From: Eubacteriales bacterium
Lineage (GTDB): Bacteria > Bacillota > Clostridia > Oscillospirales > CAG-272
DNA: 64,000 bases
Direction of reading: 5' to 3'
Assembly (NCBI GenBank): GCA_045660185.1
Contig: JAZRDI010000021.1
Location: 8,870 to 72,869 of the forward strand
The translations under genes and the position numbers were made by a program. The first letter of the stretch is position 1; every line of letters starts with the position of its first letter. The notes beneath the pieces were generated by a model. That model had not been told where the DNA came from. It was given only the letters and a program-made list of their open reading frames with translations, and did not search any database. Below are positions 8,856-17,886 of this stretch, in pieces.

Positions 8856-10007
8856 ATGAGTCAGACAACTGAAAAAAAACACATCAAATTCTTGCAATGC
8901 GGGGATATTCATCTTGATACGCCGTACACGGGGCTCACCGCAGAGAAGAGCGAAGAGAGAAGACGAGAGCTTCGTAATTCGTTTAGCCGTATGATGCAGT
9001 ACGTGCGCGATAGAGGCGTTGACGTTGTTTTGATGTGCGGTGATATATTCGATACCGTATATGCCACGAATACGACTGCAGAGGTTCTTATAAGAGAGTT
9101 TAAAAATTGTCCCGACGCTATTTTCGTAATCGCTCCGGGGCGCTCGGATTCTTATGAGAACAATCCTATATATACTTCGGGACGTTTGCCTGAAAACTGT
9201 CGCGTTATTATGAGCGAGAATCTTTCAAGAGTTGATTTAAACGAGCTTAACGTTACGGTTTACGGTTGGGGATTCAAAAACGGAAAGATGACCGAAAATC
9301 CTCTCTACGATCGCCAGGTTGATGACGTTTCGAGAATAAACATAGTTTGCGGATATGCAGATCTTGACGGCGCACTTGACTCGAATATTTGTCCTATATC
9401 CACGCAGGACCTCAAGAAGTTCGGCGCAGATTATTACGCATTCGGTTCTCGCCACGAGGCAAGCGCAACAGAGCGTGTCGGTGCTTCATTCTATACTTAC
9501 TGCGGTTCTCTTGAATGCACGGGCTTTGATAATCCCGGTATCGGCGGCGCTAATCTCATAATCGTTGACGACCGCAACGGAGGTATCTCCATAGACGTTA
9601 GAAAACTTACATTCGGTCACCTTGCTTTTGAAACAGAGCAGATTGAAATAACCGGTGTTGATTCTTATAACGAGGTTATTAACCGTATAAGTCATCTTAT
9701 AAGCGATAAAAAATACGGAATCGAAACTGCGCTTCGCGTAGAGCTTACGGGTGAGCTTGACCCGAGATTCGTTGTTCCCAAAAATCTCGATTCCGAGGCG
9801 TTCGGCCTTTACTCGTTCGATATGATAGATAAGACTGTTCCGCTCTATGGAACCGATAAGCTTCGCCGTGATATGAGCGTAAAGGGTGAGCTTTTCAGAA
9901 ATCTTCTCCCAATGCTTGAGAGCGAGGATGAAGAGGATAGGCTTGTGGCATCGAGAGCATTCCGCGTAGGACTTGCGGCGTTAGAATCCCGCGAAATCGA
10001 CTTCTGA
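8856..10007 (+). CDS. SbcD/Mre11 (YhaO-like) metallophosphoesterase-fold protein with degenerate metal-binding motifs
   Basis: GDIHLD and GDIFD present; GNHD replaced by GRSD and GHxH by GSRH. ATG at 8856 after ggaggt RBS. Confidence 0.8.
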   Translation: MSQTTEKKHIKFLQCGDIHLDTPYTGLTAEKSEERRRELRNSFSRMMQYVRDRGVDVVLMCGDIFDTVYATNTTAEVLIREFKNCPDAIFVIAPGRSDSYENNPIYTSGRLPENCRVIMSENLSRVDLNELNVTVYGWGFKNGKMTENPLYDRQVDDVSRINIVCGYADLDGALDSNICPISTQDLKKFGADYYAFGSRHEASATERVGASFYTYCGSLECTGFDNPGIGGANLIIVDDRNGGISIDVRKLTFGHLAFETEQIEITGVDSYNEVINRISHLISDKKYGIETALRVELTGELDPRFVVPKNLDSEAFGLYSFDMIDKTVPLYGTDKLRRDMSVKGELFRNLLPMLESEDEEDRLVASRAFRVGLAALESREIDF

Positions 10008-10018
10008 TTTTGGGTGGA

Positions 10019-10444
10019 GATTTTTGGGATAACCGTAAATAAAAAGGTGTGGAGTTGGTTGTTAAGTCCACACCTTTAACTTTTTTGCAAATTCGTAGGC
10101 AAAAGATTTAAGGTTGAATTTCTGCGAAATTCTTCCGTTTTTATTGTATTTTTATTTACTATCTCCGTTTTCGAGCCTCAGCGTACCTTTGTACGCTTCT
10201 CGCCTCGAAGAACGAAGATTTCTCCACAAAACTCTCCTACCCAAAATGATACCGTCATAAGCTCCCGTGAGCCAAGGACACGGAGCGCTTATGAGAGAGC
10301 TTTATGGTATGATTTTTGGGATAACCACAAATGAAATAGAGGTACATAGTTAAACTGTGTGCCTCAATTTTTGTTTAGTGGAAATGTAAAAAAATTTAAG
10401 GTTGAATTTCTGCAAAATTCTTCCGTTTTTATTGTATCTTTATT
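10019..10444. repeat. Duplicated intergenic module flanking a structured REP-like insert
   Basis: gatttttgggataacc at 10019 and 10311; 51-bp block at 10106-10156 and 10394-10444 (49/51 identical); hairpins 10043-10077 and 10339-10365; central agcgtac-cttt-gtacgct hairpin. Confidence 0.85.
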
Positions 10445-10472
10445 ATATTTTTATTATATTTTAATAAAACAC

Positions 10473-10501
10473 TTGACAAACACGCGTTTTTTTGATAAAA
10501 T
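10473..10501 (+). promoter_or_regulatory. Sigma-A promoter of the pheST leader
   Basis: TTGACA-17-TAAAAT with extended TG. Confidence 0.8.
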
Positions 10502-10509
10502 CCTTATGT

Positions 10510-10998
10510 TGTTTAAAAGCGTTTGAGCAGAAAGTAGTAGCCGTTTTATCCGCTCAAATTGAAAATTTGTTTTTTGATTTGTGGCTGGGCTTGTTTTCAG
10601 AGAGCTGCCGTTTGGTGCGAGGCAGTAACGGGGATTCGGTGAATTCATTCTGCGAGCTGATGGTTGAAGATAACAGAGAAATATGCGGAGCGTTTTTTAT
10701 GCAGAATGCGAAATGCAGAATGCAGAATGCGGAATGCAAAATTGGCAAGGATTTGGAAACAGAATAAAAGCGGGGCTTTTATAAAAAGCAACCGCAATCG
10801 TTCGGTCTCATCATTCGCTGCTTCTCTTGTTTTTGTGTAGGCTTTTCCGGGTTGGCGGCCGTTATGCGCTATGGGTGTGTTAGCACCCGATGAGGCTCTT
10901 TGCCGTGAGGTGAGAGTGAAGCAGAGTGGTATCACGGTAATAAAATTATCGTCCCTGCATTTTCCTTTTTTCGGAGAATGCGGGATTTTTTGTTTTTT
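10510..10998 (+). promoter_or_regulatory. T-box riboswitch (Phe specifier UUC) with terminator
   Basis: Stem I gcagaa-agtagta-gccg / cggt-gaaUUCa-ttctgc (UUC 10644-10646); AGAGA and GGUGCGA motifs; T-box gcagagUGGUAtcacg at 10921; terminator tccctgcattttcc..ggagaatgcggga plus T-run; lies upstream of pheS. Confidence 0.92.
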
Positions 10999-11133
10999 GC
11001 GGTAAATATCACAAAAAGTAAACAAAGGTTTGTTTCTTCTGCTTGTTTTTTGATTTTCGAGATGGAAAAAGAAATATTTTAATTTGCAACTAATTAGGAA
11101 TAAAAATAAATTTTATATAAAGAGGAAAGAAAA

Positions 11134-12171
11134 ATGAAAGAAAAGTTAGAAGCGTTGCTTAAAGAAGGCGCGGCTAAAATTGCGGCTGCGGCATCAGAGA
11201 GCGAATTGCAAGAAATCAAGGGCGCGCTCCTTGGAAAGCAGGGAAGCGTTACCGAGCTTATGAAAGAAATTCCCAAGCTTGACGTATCTCTTCGTCCCGA
11301 AATGGGAAAGGCTGTCAACCAGGTTAAAAACCTTCTCAGCGAGCAGATAGAGGGCAAGCGCGAGGAGCTTAAATTTAAGGCTTCCGAGATTCCCGCAGAC
11401 TTTGACTGCACTATCCCCGGCTTCGAGCCTAAAATTGGCGGACTTCACCCCATAACACAGATGTGCTACGACCTCAACGATGCATTCCGTTCGATGGGCT
11501 TCGAGGTGTTCAGCGGTCCTGAAATTACGAGCGAATACTATGCGTTCGATAACCTTAACTTCCCGCCCAACCACCCCGCAAGAGAAAGTATGGATACTTA
11601 TTGGCTTGAGGGACACGATTCGGGAGATGCTGCGGACAAGCTCTGCCTTCGTCCTCACTTGACGGGTGACAGTGTTCGCTATATGCAGACTCATAAGCCC
11701 CCTTATAGATTCGTTTACCCCGGCCGCGTGTATAGAAATGAAACCACCGATGCTCGTCACGAGAGAGCGTTCTTCCAGTACGAAGCGCTTATCGTTGACA
11801 AGGACTTTACCTACACTGCAGGTAAGGTTATGATAAAGAGTATTCTTCAAAAAGTATTTGGCCGCGACGTTCCTGTTAGAATGAGAGCTGGCTTCTTCCC
11901 CTTCGTTGAGCCCGGATTTGAAATTGATATGGGTTGCCTTGTTTGCGGCGGTAAGGGCTGCAGCGTGTGCAAGCACGTAGGTTGGATTGAGATTATGCCC
12001 GGCGGTACGCCTCATCCTAACGTTCTTCGCGCAGCGGGACTTGACCCCGATGAGTACACGGGATTCTACGTTAATATAGGTCTTGACAGACTTGTTATGA
12101 TGCGTTACGGTGTTGATGACGTGCGTTTGTTCCATAGCGCAGATCTTAGATTCTTGAAGCAGTTCCGTTAA
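11134..12171 (+). CDS. pheS: Phenylalanine--tRNA ligase alpha subunit
   Basis: GGLHP, HPARESMDT, FPFVEPG and GLDRLVM motifs; Phe T-box upstream. Confidence 0.97.
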   Translation: MKEKLEALLKEGAAKIAAAASESELQEIKGALLGKQGSVTELMKEIPKLDVSLRPEMGKAVNQVKNLLSEQIEGKREELKFKASEIPADFDCTIPGFEPKIGGLHPITQMCYDLNDAFRSMGFEVFSGPEITSEYYAFDNLNFPPNHPARESMDTYWLEGHDSGDAADKLCLRPHLTGDSVRYMQTHKPPYRFVYPGRVYRNETTDARHERAFFQYEALIVDKDFTYTAGKVMIKSILQKVFGRDVPVRMRAGFFPFVEPGFEIDMGCLVCGGKGCSVCKHVGWIEIMPGGTPHPNVLRAAGLDPDEYTGFYVNIGLDRLVMMRYGVDDVRLFHSADLRFLKQFR

Positions 12172-12192
12172 TGGCGTGAAAGGAGATTAAAA

Positions 12193-14625
12193 ATGAAATT
12201 ATCACTTAATTGGATAAAGGATTACGTTAACATTCCCGATGATATGGACCTCTCGCGTCTTTCCTACGACCTTACAATGTCTACAGTTGAGGTTGAGGGT
12301 GCGGAAGACCTTGCAGAAGGATATAAAAATATAATCGTTGGTGAAATAAAAGAGGTTCTTCCTCATCCTAACGCAGATAAGCTCCGCGTTTGCCGCGTGG
12401 ATATTGGCGGAGAGGTTAAGGAAATCGTTTGCGGCGGCTCTAACCTTGAGCCCGGTATGAAGGTTGTTGTTGCTTGTCCCGGTGCTATGGTACGCTGGCA
12501 TGGCGAGGGCGAACCCGTTGAAATTAAAAACACCAAGCTCCGCGGTGTTGCAAGCTTTGGTATGATATGCGCTGCGGTTGAGGTTGGCATGGCTGATCTT
12601 TTCCCCGCGAACGATGATCACGAGATCATGGATCTTTCCGCGTTTGACGCTCCCGCCGGAACACCCCTTGCAGATGCGCTTGGGCTTAACGATATAATTC
12701 TTGAAATAGATAACAAGTCTATGACAAATCGCCCTGATCTTTGGGGTCACTACGGTATTGCTCGTGAGCTTGCAGCGCTTTACGATCTTCCTCTCAAGGA
12801 GTTCGATAAGTACGTACCCGTGGAAGACGTCGCAGAGTATGACGTAAGAATAGACGATGCTGACCGTTGCCCTCGTTACATCGGAGCAAAGCTTGAGGGA
12901 CTCGGCATAAAGCCTGCTCCTTTTGAAATGCAGTCGAGAATTTGGAGAGTTGGTATGCGTCCTATAAACGCGCTCGTTGACGTTACCAACTACGTAATGC
13001 TTGCAACCGGTCAACCCACACACGTGTTTGATTCTACACATATTATAGACCATATTTGCGTTCGTCGCGCAAATGAAGGCGAGAAGCTTCAGCTTCTTAA
13101 CGAGAAAGAGCTTTCTCTTTCGAATGACGATCTTGTAATCTCTGATGCCGAGGGCGCAGTTGCGCTTGCGGGCGTTATGGGCGGAGCAAAGGATTCGGTT
13201 CTTCCTACTACGAATAGCGTTATTCTTGAAGTTGCTAACTTCGAGTCCCGTGGCGTGCGCAGAACCGCGCAGAGATATGATAACAGAACAGAGGCTTCCG
13301 CAAGATATGAAAAGGCTATAGATACCGAAAGATGCGACCTTGCGCTTTCACTCTCTATGAAGCTCTTCTCCGAGCTTTATCCCGATATGAAGCTCACCGC
13401 GTTTAAGGATCTTTATATCAAGAAAACAGAGAAAAACGAAATCGACGTTGAGCTTGATTGGCTTGACAGGAGACTTGGCATGCGTATCCCTGCAGACGTT
13501 GTGGCAAAGAAGCTCGGCGCTATGGGTTACGAGGTGAGCTTTACCGAAACAAGTATGCATATCGTAGTTCCCACTTGGCGCTCTACCGGCGACGTTTCAA
13601 TTAAGGCAGACATTATGGAAGAGGTTGCTCGTATGTACGGATATGAGAACTTCGAAGCTACCTCTATTACTACCTCGTTTGATGCTGCAATTAACCAGCT
13701 TGACTACGATTTGATTAGAAAATGTAAAGAATACCTTGCATTTAAGGCTAATATGCAGGAAATTTTCACTTATCCTTGGATGAGCGAAGAGTGTGTTAAG
13801 GCAATGCTTCCCACTGCCGATGGAATACTTGCTCTTGCAACTCCCCCATCGCCTACGGAGAAGTACGTTAAGTCCTCGCTTCTTCCCAACTTGGCTCGCG
13901 CTATAGTCAAGAACGAGCGTAACTTCGACGAGTTTGACATCTTCGAGGAATCTCTTGTGTTTATGGATAAGGATTATACCGAGAATTACAAGGGTGAGAA
14001 GCTTCCCAAGCAGGAGCGTCATCTTGGCTGCGCATTCGTTGGCAGCGCGGATAACATCTCCGAGCTCTTCAGAAGAGCAAAGGGAACTATTGCTTCTATG
14101 CCGAGATATACTCACATGGAGCCCTTCACGTTCGCTAAAAATGAGAAGCCTTACTACGCAGATGAGGTTGTGTGGCAGAATATTTACATTGGCGATAAGT
14201 ACGTTGGAGATATTGCGCTTCTTTCCAAAAAGTGCGCGCTCGGATGCGGTATCAAAGTGCTTTCCGCAGTTCTCGTTGAGCTTAATATCGATGCGTTCGT
14301 ACCCTTCAAGTCGAGAACCAATAAGTTCGAGAAGCTTGCAGAGTATCCTGTGAACGATTACGATATTTCCTTCCTTGTTGACTCTATGCTTAAGTGGGAA
14401 GAAATTTACACGGCTGCTATGGAAAAGGCTAAAGGAGGACTTCTTCGCGGCGTAAACTTCGTTGACGAATATAAGGGCAAGCAGGTTCCTGAGGGCAAAA
14501 AATCCCTCACCATCCGTCTCGCTATCGGCTCTGACGAAAAGACTCTCACCTCTCAAGAAACAGAAGAGGTTGCAAATGGCGTTATGAAGAAGCTTGCAAA
14601 GACCTTTGGCGCAGAGAGAAGATAA
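12193..14625 (+). CDS. pheT: Phenylalanine--tRNA ligase beta subunit
   Basis: MKLSLNWIKDY, HPNADKL, NRPDL and PTWR..D motifs; C-terminal FDX-ACB domain; follows pheS. Confidence 0.97.
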   Translation: MKLSLNWIKDYVNIPDDMDLSRLSYDLTMSTVEVEGAEDLAEGYKNIIVGEIKEVLPHPNADKLRVCRVDIGGEVKEIVCGGSNLEPGMKVVVACPGAMVRWHGEGEPVEIKNTKLRGVASFGMICAAVEVGMADLFPANDDHEIMDLSAFDAPAGTPLADALGLNDIILEIDNKSMTNRPDLWGHYGIARELAALYDLPLKEFDKYVPVEDVAEYDVRIDDADRCPRYIGAKLEGLGIKPAPFEMQSRIWRVGMRPINALVDVTNYVMLATGQPTHVFDSTHIIDHICVRRANEGEKLQLLNEKELSLSNDDLVISDAEGAVALAGVMGGAKDSVLPTTNSVILEVANFESRGVRRTAQRYDNRTEASARYEKAIDTERCDLALSLSMKLFSELYPDMKLTAFKDLYIKKTEKNEIDVELDWLDRRLGMRIPADVVAKKLGAMGYEVSFTETSMHIVVPTWRSTGDVSIKADIMEEVARMYGYENFEATSITTSFDAAINQLDYDLIRKCKEYLAFKANMQEIFTYPWMSEECVKAMLPTADGILALATPPSPTEKYVKSSLLPNLARAIVKNERNFDEFDIFEESLVFMDKDYTENYKGEKLPKQERHLGCAFVGSADNISELFRRAKGTIASMPRYTHMEPFTFAKNEKPYYADEVVWQNIYIGDKYVGDIALLSKKCALGCGIKVLSAVLVELNIDAFVPFKSRTNKFEKLAEYPVNDYDISFLVDSMLKWEEIYTAAMEKAKGGLLRGVNFVDEYKGKQVPEGKKSLTIRLAIGSDEKTLTSQETEEVANGVMKKLAKTFGAERR

Positions 14626-14741
14626 TTTGAAAAAACTTTGAGGTTTTCAACAAATGCGTCATTTTGATTCACTGAGATTTGATTTTGTCGAGAACTATTA
14701 AAAATTGTATAACGGATTAAAACAAAAAAGAGATAATGGCT

Positions 14742-15042
14742 TGTTGCACAAGTCCGTAAAAACGGACAATTGAAAAAAGAGCCTCCTATGGTAGAATTAA
14801 ATTGCTACCATAGGAGGTTTTTGTTATGGCAAGAAAATACCAAAAAGTAAGCGAATTGCTTCCCGTTATCAAAGAACTAAGCGCACAAGGGAAAAACCAA
14901 GAACAAATAGCAAAAACGAACGTATTCAACTAAAAACAAAACTGACACCACTCGAAAAGCGATGCCAGTTCGTCTCTTAAATTTAATATTTTCTACCAAG
15001 AGTTTCTTTTTTTGTGCTGCCTGTACATTTTGGAGCAGTTCA
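14742..15042 (+). mobile_element. Internally deleted IS3-family remnant
   Basis: RBS-sequestering hairpin then MARKYQKVSELLPVIKELSAQGKNQEQIAK (14826-), joined out of frame to NERIQLKTKLTPLEKRCQFVS* (typical IS3 OrfB end); right end tgtacattttggagcagttca (TGAACTGC.. on minus strand). Left end uncertain. Confidence 0.7.
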
Positions 15043-15094
15043 TGTAGGTAATGTGAGCTATTATCTCTTTTTTGAGGTTGTTTAGCTTTTAAGT

Positions 15095-15880
15095 TTATAT
15101 GTTCTCGGTGTTTATGATGTCGCCGACGCCATTGAAAATGTACTTGGGACGGAATGGGAAATTGTCTATATCTTCCTTTGCGGTAACTCCGCTTAATACG
15201 AGGATGGTGTCAACGTTAGACTCTATTCCTGCGATAATGTCGGTGTCCATTCTGTCACCAACGAAGGCGATGTCTTCACTGTGGCAGCCGAGCTTGCGAA
15301 GTCCGTGACGAATCATAACGGGGTTGGGTTTTCCTACGAAATACGCTTTTTTGCCGGTAGCGATTTCTATAGGTGCAACGAGCGAGCCTGTGGCGGGCAT
15401 TATGCCTGTTTCGGTTACGCCGACAGTATCGGGGTTCGCGCCAATGAGCTTTGCGCCTTTGTTTATAAGCTCGATGGCTTTTTCTATCTTTTCGAAGCAA
15501 TAAGTGCGCGTTTCTCCGATAACCACGTAATCGGGGTTGATGTCATTCATGTATATCTTTTGATCGTAAAGAGCTTTTGAGAGAGCCGCCTCTCCTATAA
15601 CGTATGCGGTGCATCCCGGTGTTTGACTATGAAGAAATTCTGCTGTTGCCATTGCGCTTGTGTAGAAGTGCTCTGCGGGAACGGAAAGTCCCATTCTTTC
15701 AAGCTTCATGCTAAGCTCGTGGGGTGTTCTTTCGGGACTGTTGGTGAGAAATACGAATTTTTTATCATTCTGCATCATCCAATCCACGAATTCCTTTGCG
15801 CCGGGAAGAATCTTTTTTCCGTGATAGATAACTCCGTCCATATCACAGATAAAGCCCTTCTTTTCGAGTATTTTGTTCAT
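15095..15880 (-). CDS. HAD-IIA family hydrolase (NagD-like)
   Basis: DMDGVIY, LTN, GKP and GDRMDTDI motifs. Confidence 0.92.
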   Translation of the reverse strand: MNKILEKKGFICDMDGVIYHGKKILPGAKEFVDWMMQNDKKFVFLTNSPERTPHELSMKLERMGLSVPAEHFYTSAMATAEFLHSQTPGCTAYVIGEAALSKALYDQKIYMNDINPDYVVIGETRTYCFEKIEKAIELINKGAKLIGANPDTVGVTETGIMPATGSLVAPIEIATGKKAYFVGKPNPVMIRHGLRKLGCHSEDIAFVGDRMDTDIIAGIESNVDTILVLSGVTAKEDIDNFPFRPKYIFNGVGDIINTENI

Positions 15881-15947
15881 TTTATACTACCTTTCCGCGT
15901 GCGCGCAACACTTCCGTACGTGAGCGCGCGTATTTTACTTTGGAAGA

Positions 15948-15976
15948 ATTATAACACGCGGTCGTTAGTTTGTCAA
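15948..15976 (-). promoter_or_regulatory. Consensus sigma-A promoter of the NagD-like gene
   Basis: TTGACA-17-TATAAT on the minus strand. Confidence 0.8.
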
Positions 15977-16098
15977 GTAAAAGCTGTATTCGAAGAGAGG
16001 TATTTTGCGAATAATTTTACAGTAAGGCGTTAAGGCAGAGAAATTCCTTATTATAATAAAATCTATCTGCGGTTGTTTTTTAAAAGCAAAAAATAACG

Positions 16099-16195
16099 GT
16101 GATGTCTTTTGCCATCACTTGCGGAAATCAAAGATTTTCTCACATTCCCTGAAATATAGTCTTTCGTGCTTGCTTGCAAGCAGACAGACACGAAC
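16099..16195 (-). repeat. Dispersed 97-bp structured repeat, copy 1 (candidate sRNA/REP)
   Basis: Reverse complement matches 63828-63924 at 82/97 positions without gaps. Confidence 0.9.
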
Positions 16196-16311
16196 TTACT
16201 ATATTATTATATAACGCAATGCGGGCGCGTTAAAAACTTGATTACAAAGATAGAGATAAAGATTAGAACAAAGCGAAAAAGAGAACAAAATATTTAAAAT
16301 ATGCATTATGC

Positions 16312-16476
16312 AGTGAATAAAATGCATAAATATTCATATTATTCACCACATAATTGCCAAAATATTCATACATAACTATTGGTATTGTATAAAAAATTAA
16401 CAAAAATAATTTTTTTTGCGTAAAACTATTGCATATTTATTTGCATAGTGGTACAATATGTGCATATTAATTCACA
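16312..16476 (+). promoter_or_regulatory. arg operon promoter with ARG boxes (ArgR/AhrC)
   Basis: aaTGCATaaatATTCAta 16321-16338 and tgTGCATattaATTCAca 16459-16476; TTGCAT-17-TACAAT at 16429-16457. Confidence 0.75.
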
Positions 16477-16585
16477 AAACCACGGAAAACATCGTCTTCC
16501 ACCCACGCTAAAATGTGCGCGGCTTTATGTCATAGCTTGCTTGGTTGATTTTTAATTATCCGTCGGTTAATCAGAGGAGAATAAA

Positions 16586-17812
16586 ATGGATAAATCACAA
16601 ATCAAAAAAGTTGTCCTTGCTTACTCGGGCGGACTTGATACTTCAATCATCATTCCGTGGTTGAAAGAAAATTACAATAACTGTGAGGTTATCGCAGTTT
16701 CCGGTAACGTTGGTCAGGCTGACGAGCTCGAGGGCCTTGAAGAAAAGGCAATAAAGACCGGCGCCTCTAAAATCTACATTGAGGACCTTACCGAAGAGTT
16801 TGTTGACGATTACGTAATTCCCACGGTTAAAGCGGGTGCGCTTTACGAAGAATATATGCTTGGAACTTCATTTGCTCGTCCCGTTATCGCAAAGAGAATC
16901 GCAGAGATTGCTCTTGCAGAAGGCGCAGATGCAATCTGCCACGGTTGTACCGGTAAGGGTAACGACCAGGTTCGTTTTGAGCTCACCATTAAGGCGTTCG
17001 CCCCCGATATGCCCATCATTGCTCCTTGGAGAGAATGGAGCATTAAATCCAGAGAAGAGGAAATTGAGTACGCAGAGGCGCACAACGTTCCCCTTAAGAT
17101 AAACAGAGAAACTAACTATTCGAAGGATAAGAACCTTTGGCACCTTTCTCACGAGGGACTTGACCTCGAGGATGCAGGCAACGAGCCTCTTTACGATAAA
17201 GAAGGATTTCTTGAGATGGGTGTTTCTCCCATCACCGCTCCCGATACTCCTACATACGTAACTCTCGATTTCGTTAAGGGTGTTCCCACCGCAATCAACG
17301 GAGAGGCTATGAGCGCAAAGAATATTATTCTCGAGCTTAACAAGCTTGGCGGAGCAAACGGTATCGGACTTCTTGACATTATTGAGAACCGTCTTGTTGG
17401 TATGAAGTGCCGTGGCGTGTATGAAACTCCCGGCGGAGCAATTCTCTATGCAGCTCACAATTATCTCGAAACTATGTGCCTTGACAAGATGACAATGCAC
17501 GAAAAACAGAAGCTTTCCATTACCTTCGCAGAGCTTGTTTATAACGGACAGTGGTTCACACCTCTTCGCGAGGCTCTCTCCGCTTTCGTTGACAAGACGC
17601 AGGAAAACGTTACCGGTAAGGTTAAACTTAAGCTCTACAAGGGTAACATAATCAAGGCGGGCGTATGGAGCGATTGGTCGCTCTACTCCGAGGAGATTGC
17701 AACGTTTGGTGAGGATAACGTTTATAACCAGGCCGACTCTGCAGGATTTATTAACCTCTTTGGTCTTCCTATCAAGGTTCAGGCTCAGGTTAACGCAAAG
17801 AATAACAAGTAA
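16586..17812 (+). CDS. argG: Argininosuccinate synthase
   Basis: [31 protein letters not shown] and YETPG motifs. Confidence 0.97.
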   Translation: MDKSQIKKVVLAYSGGLDTSIIIPWLKENYNNCEVIAVSGNVGQADELEGLEEKAIKTGASKIYIEDLTEEFVDDYVIPTVKAGALYEEYMLGTSFARPVIAKRIAEIALAEGADAICHGCTGKGNDQVRFELTIKAFAPDMPIIAPWREWSIKSREEEIEYAEAHNVPLKINRETNYSKDKNLWHLSHEGLDLEDAGNEPLYDKEGFLEMGVSPITAPDTPTYVTLDFVKGVPTAINGEAMSAKNIILELNKLGGANGIGLLDIIENRLVGMKCRGVYETPGGAILYAAHNYLETMCLDKMTMHEKQKLSITFAELVYNGQWFTPLREALSAFVDKTQENVTGKVKLKLYKGNIIKAGVWSDWSLYSEEIATFGEDNVYNQADSAGFINLFGLPIKVQAQVNAKNNK

Positions 17813-17886
17813 TTAATTAGCGTAATTGAAAACTAAAGTTTACAAAAACAGCAGTTTTATCAAATAGCATAGAAATTAGGTGTAAT

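Noticed and set aside
7067-10007. Type II restriction-modification system
   Set aside because: No restriction endonuclease is recognisable, the neighbour has a metallophosphoesterase fold, and the MTase catalytic motif is altered.
16345-16356. ccacataatt resembling the invertase site
   Set aside because: Half site only, with no ATTATGT arm; it lies in an AT-rich ARG-box region.
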